From contig NC_088861.1 in the NCBI RefSeq assembly GCF_963853765.1, forward strand, positions 1,116,001-1,180,000: 64,000 nucleotides of DNA. Direction: 5' to 3'. The stretch's first letter is position 1. Each line of letters starts with the position of its first letter. Shown here one piece after another: positions 60,238 to 64,000 of the stretch. The position numbers and the translations under genes were made by a program. Below the pieces are notes generated by a model. The model was not told where the DNA came from. It searched no databases and worked only from the letters and a program-made list of their open reading frames with translations. Source of the DNA: Magallana gigas (taxonomy: Eukaryota).

Positions 60238-60239
<2 letters not shown>

Positions 60240-60823
60240 ATCAAATGAATAAGATATATTAAAACAATGAGTTAGGAATTCTTTTGAACCATTGTATTTT
60301 ATGATGAATTTTAACTCCAACACACATAGCGGTTCCTTGTTAAACCGTTTAAAGGTCCGTTGGGGATATTTGTGAAGACAAAGAAACAAATCTCATTAAA
60401 TCAGATGTAAACAAAGGATCCTCATCTATCCATTGGTATAGGAAGCATTTAACTCGTTCTGACAAAAAAATGTCACATCATTGGCGATTGAAACTTATAA
60501 ATTGTTTCATTATCGCCGTTCAGTTACATGTGACACAGCAATGAAAGAACGTAGTCGGTTGTTTGAGTCAAAAGATTAGTTGACAATTTGTCATTGCGTA
60601 TAGCATTATTAAATTTGCATGAAATAAATATGCATGTGTAACCTCGATGCATCTTTTATTTTACACTTTATCTTGCATACCATCAGGTGAGGTACATGAA
60701 CTTGTGGAAAACTGTATATAGACGTGCAATGAAATTTTTGTCTAGGGCAATCATAAACAAATCATTGAATATAGTGTTAATTCTTTGTAAGATTTTATTA
60801 TGACCTGAATTGTCCATTCTTAG

Positions 60824-62053
60824 ATCAGAGGAATTATAAAGCATGTGGGCAGCACTATGAACGATGCAATATCTGAGTTGAGGAAACGCGGGAAGAAGAA
60901 AAGTAAAATAGAACAGCTTCTCTTAGTGGACCATAGCAACATTTATTTCGAAAATGAGCGCCTTGCCGAACGTCTCGCCAAATTACTGGATGAACTCCAC
61001 AAGGACAAGCATCGACAGGAAATGCTTCGGAATATTGAGATCCAGGAACTCAAGCGAGAAATCGACAGCCTTCAGGCTATGAAAGAAGCTTCATCCGCAC
61101 AGACCAAAAAGTTCTTGCAATCTCTTGAAAACTACTACACAGGGTTAAGTGCAATACCAAAGCCTGAGAAGAAAGTTCGACCTCATACGACCGGAAGTTA
61201 TTTCAAGAAATCACGTGCTAAATCGGAAGAGAGGGAAGCGGCGGAAAAAACAAAAATTCGCGCGAGAGCACACAGTGCGAATAAGCACGAGGATTCGGGA
61301 AGTGAAAACGAATTCGAGAGGGCAACGAAGCGTGAAAGGAAGGAGAAGCGTGCAGCAAAAGACGATAACAAAAATAACGACGTACCACAAGGCGAGAAGA
61401 AGCCCAAGAAGCTAAAGTACCCAGAAGACTGGTATACGACTGTGCTTCCTGCCTCAGACAACTGTTTAAAGAAAGTGCGCCAGCAATATCGGAGAGAACA
61501 GACTGCCCCAACCTTTTCTGTATCAAAAAACTCAAAGAAAAAATCAGAAAAGTCAAAAGAGAGTACTAGCGCGAAACCGCATCCGAGTACCGCCATTGGA
61601 CAACGCGGACAAAGTCGTGAGAAGACCGCAGACATGAAACAGAGGGCCCAATCGAACGCTCCCCAGGGCGGCGACCGGAAATCCTCCACTGCAACGGCTG
61701 GAGGTAAGTCCGATATTGAGGAACAAATGGAGTCGAAATCGCGTATCAAACTCATGTGTCAGCAAAAAGCGAAACCGGTGTTGATGTCCTTGAGACAGAT
61801 GAGAGAGTTGACAGGAATGGATGGAAATAATGATGGTATGCCTAATAAACGGCAGGAGAAGTTGGACCATCGGATACAAGAGACCAAGGTTAAATTTGTG
61901 TCTCTGACTCAAAGAGTCAAGACGTTCGTTAAAGAACTCGATGCCAAAATTGCTCAAGATCTAGAAGACACTAAACCAAAGGAGCTTGAATCTCACCATA
62001 ATGATATGTACTCTGGTATCTTACCTCCCGATCAAGTTGAAGTACCGAGTTAG
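60824..62053 (+). CDS. Uncharacterised coiled-coil, Lys/Glu/Arg-rich protein (large terminal or only coding exon, ~400 aa)
   Basis: The frame is open from the acceptor ccattcttag|60824 to TAG 62053; first ATG at 60857. Predicted heptads near the N-terminus (ERLAERLAKLLDELHKDKHRQEMLRNIEIQELKREIDSLQAM) and C-terminus (LDHRIQETKVKFVSLTQRVKTFVKELDAKI); GC and codon usage above background. Upstream exons uncertain (candidate donor cag|gtgagg at 60687). Confidence 0.75.
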   Translation: MRGIIKHVGSTMNDAISELRKRGKKKSKIEQLLLVDHSNIYFENERLAERLAKLLDELHKDKHRQEMLRNIEIQELKREIDSLQAMKEASSAQTKKFLQSLENYYTGLSAIPKPEKKVRPHTTGSYFKKSRAKSEEREAAEKTKIRARAHSANKHEDSGSENEFERATKRERKEKRAAKDDNKNNDVPQGEKKPKKLKYPEDWYTTVLPASDNCLKKVRQQYRREQTAPTFSVSKNSKKKSEKSKESTSAKPHPSTAIGQRGQSREKTADMKQRAQSNAPQGGDRKSSTATAGGKSDIEEQMESKSRIKLMCQQKAKPVLMSLRQMRELTGMDGNNDGMPNKRQEKLDHRIQETKVKFVSLTQRVKTFVKELDAKIAQDLEDTKPKELESHHNDMYSGILPPDQVEVPS

Positions 62054-64000
62054 AAGATGCTATACCTATTTATAGTGTCTATGAAGGGATTATTAACTCT
62101 GAGCATTTTTTTTTCACCAAAGAAATTTATTAACAGCAAAGCAAAGAAGAAAAAAAATGATATAATCGACCAATTGCTTTAGATAATGAATTTTACAACA
62201 TTTAGAACCATTTTAACTAGAGCTTGGACTTTTAGTAGTTGTGTTATTTAAACAGCAATGTGACGTAAGCCTGTCTATTTTAATGTCAGCCACTAAGCCA
62301 TTGCTCTTTGAAATCAACAAGATGTGTTTGGCTTTTGAGCTTAGACTACGCAATCGATGCATATTTCGCTTGAAACCCCGTCATTTTTAACTTGTTTTCA
62401 CACAAGAAATAGATGGCTACGTCCTACTGAAAGTCCAAAGTCTTATTAAAATGGTTCTAAAGAATGGCTTTTTTGATAGCATAATCATGTCAAGAAATGT
62501 TATCCACGTCAATAATTTAAATACACGCGATGACATGTACTCATATTTTTGTCTTACTTCAATTACAGTTATATTTTGTATAACATTTAAGATTTGTGTT
62601 TCATTTATGTCTTTCAAAACTTAAATATTTGTCGTTTTGACTCATAGAGATATTTTTGCATGTAATCATTATGTTCTTTTGTCTTTGTTGTTGGCTGATG
62701 ATTGTTGCAACGTTGGGTCGAAGGTGATGGATTTGTATCTTGTGTTCAATAAATATTATACAATATCTGCCGCAATATCTTCGATATTTATTCTTTTGGT
62801 TAAGCTAGAGAAGTTTTCAAAATAAAAGTTTTTCTACAAATATCTCAAAACATAAAAAAAGTAAAACCATTTCACGATGAAAATCCATTCTTCATCAATA
62901 TCATCACAAGGATATTTGATGGCACTTTTTAAAGATAAAACTAATTTGTATAAAGATTTAAGATTGAAATATTCAAATTTTTAGAAGAAATTCCTGAGAA
63001 AGAAAATTTAGTTTTAGTTTTAATGAACACCTTCCTGTGGGGTCTAAAGTTTCGTCTACTTTATAACATGTTATACTTGTGCAGATTAAAAAAAAAGAAA
63101 TCAATGTTATTCACAGCTGAATTCTACAGATTTAAAATTCGACGAAAAAATTAAAACAAAAAAATTCTCAACTTAAAAATTTAATATACTTTTTTTACTC
63201 AAAAGTGTTTCTTGAAAAATATAACTGTGAAACCCCCCCTTTTCAGCTACAACATACACCAAAAAGTGCATTCTGAATACCATGCACGATCTAAAATATT
63301 GACAAATCTGTATTAAAAATATGTTCTCTTCCCACATCATGCAACTTGCCTATCTCTGAGCAGTTTTTTGCTGACACAAATTTCATATCCGACTGCACCG
63401 ATTAGATTAAAAGATAACAGTTATGAAAACAGCAAGACAGATTTCCCGTGGTTTATAAACACCTGTCCATATCTTAGTCTACCATTTCTATGTAAATATT
63501 ATCAAATGCATGTAATACCAACAAGGAGATACACTATGAATTGCTGATCTATTTCTAAAAAATTAAGTAGTAATTTGTTTCAAACCCAGGAGATATTTTT
63601 TTTCTAAAAAAATGTGTGTTAATATTTTTAAATATGTCTAAAACTTTTAATATCTTTATTCTTACATGCATATGAAACAAATACAAAGTCACTTTCTAAC
63701 AATATGAAAATTAATGTTTTGTCAATTGTTCGCTTTTCATACATTTTCTATTCATCAAAGAGTAATGTCTTAACCATAAAAAGACAACAAACAAAATCAC
63801 AATCTAATTTTCATTGAAAAATACAACAATACAGTATTTTGTTCATATCACAGTCTTGCATGTCAATTTTAGTTATATTAGTAATAAATATTGTACGTAA
63901 TATCTAATGCTCTCTTTTTGATGATGTGCATGTCACATACTTGCAATGACAACTTTTTTCCCTAAAATACAACATCTACAACCACAAAAAAGATCAATAT

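Noticed and set aside
61149-61957. Overlapping alternative-frame and antisense ORFs in the coiled-coil gene
   Set aside because: By-product of purine-rich biased codons.

Overview
AT-rich eukaryotic (animal) genomic DNA with GT-AG introns, microsatellites, many non-autonomous DNA transposons and one 152-N scaffold gap. The repeat families look like those of a bivalve, probably an oyster (inference from recall, not a search). There are no rRNA genes, intact tRNA genes or CRISPR arrays. (1) 4.6-33.1 kb: a head-to-tail array of four intact 8-exon genes encoding NLR-like STAND proteins (NB-ARC-like P-loop NTPase, GxP helical domain, winged helix, TPR array; 786, 789, 825 and 819 aa by manual splicing; identical intron phases 1,1,1,1,0,2,1). 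They form two subfamilies: A (copies 1-2) is soluble and B (copies 3-4) ends in a hydrophobic tail anchor with a basic tip. All four appear to start at the NTPase with no N-terminal effector domain, lack the sensor-1 Arg and carry IHG in place of MHD. The array also shows a gene-conversion tract, hypervariable distal TPRs and a relic of a further copy. (2) 36.9-39.4 kb (-): a 7-exon gene for a secreted, probably GPI-anchored protein with five EGF domains, one per exon. (3) 44.3-49.1 kb (-): a single-exon ~1588-aa TRIM (RING, two B-boxes, coiled coil) whose long tail is an array of LC8/DYNLL-type TQT-like motifs plus an SxIP motif. (4) 60.8-62.1 kb (+): the terminal exon of an uncharacterised coiled-coil, Lys/Glu-rich protein. 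The best candidates for undescribed biology are the effector-less, partly membrane-anchored STAND-TPR cluster and the multivalent LC8-motif TRIM. All exon coordinates and counts were made by hand.
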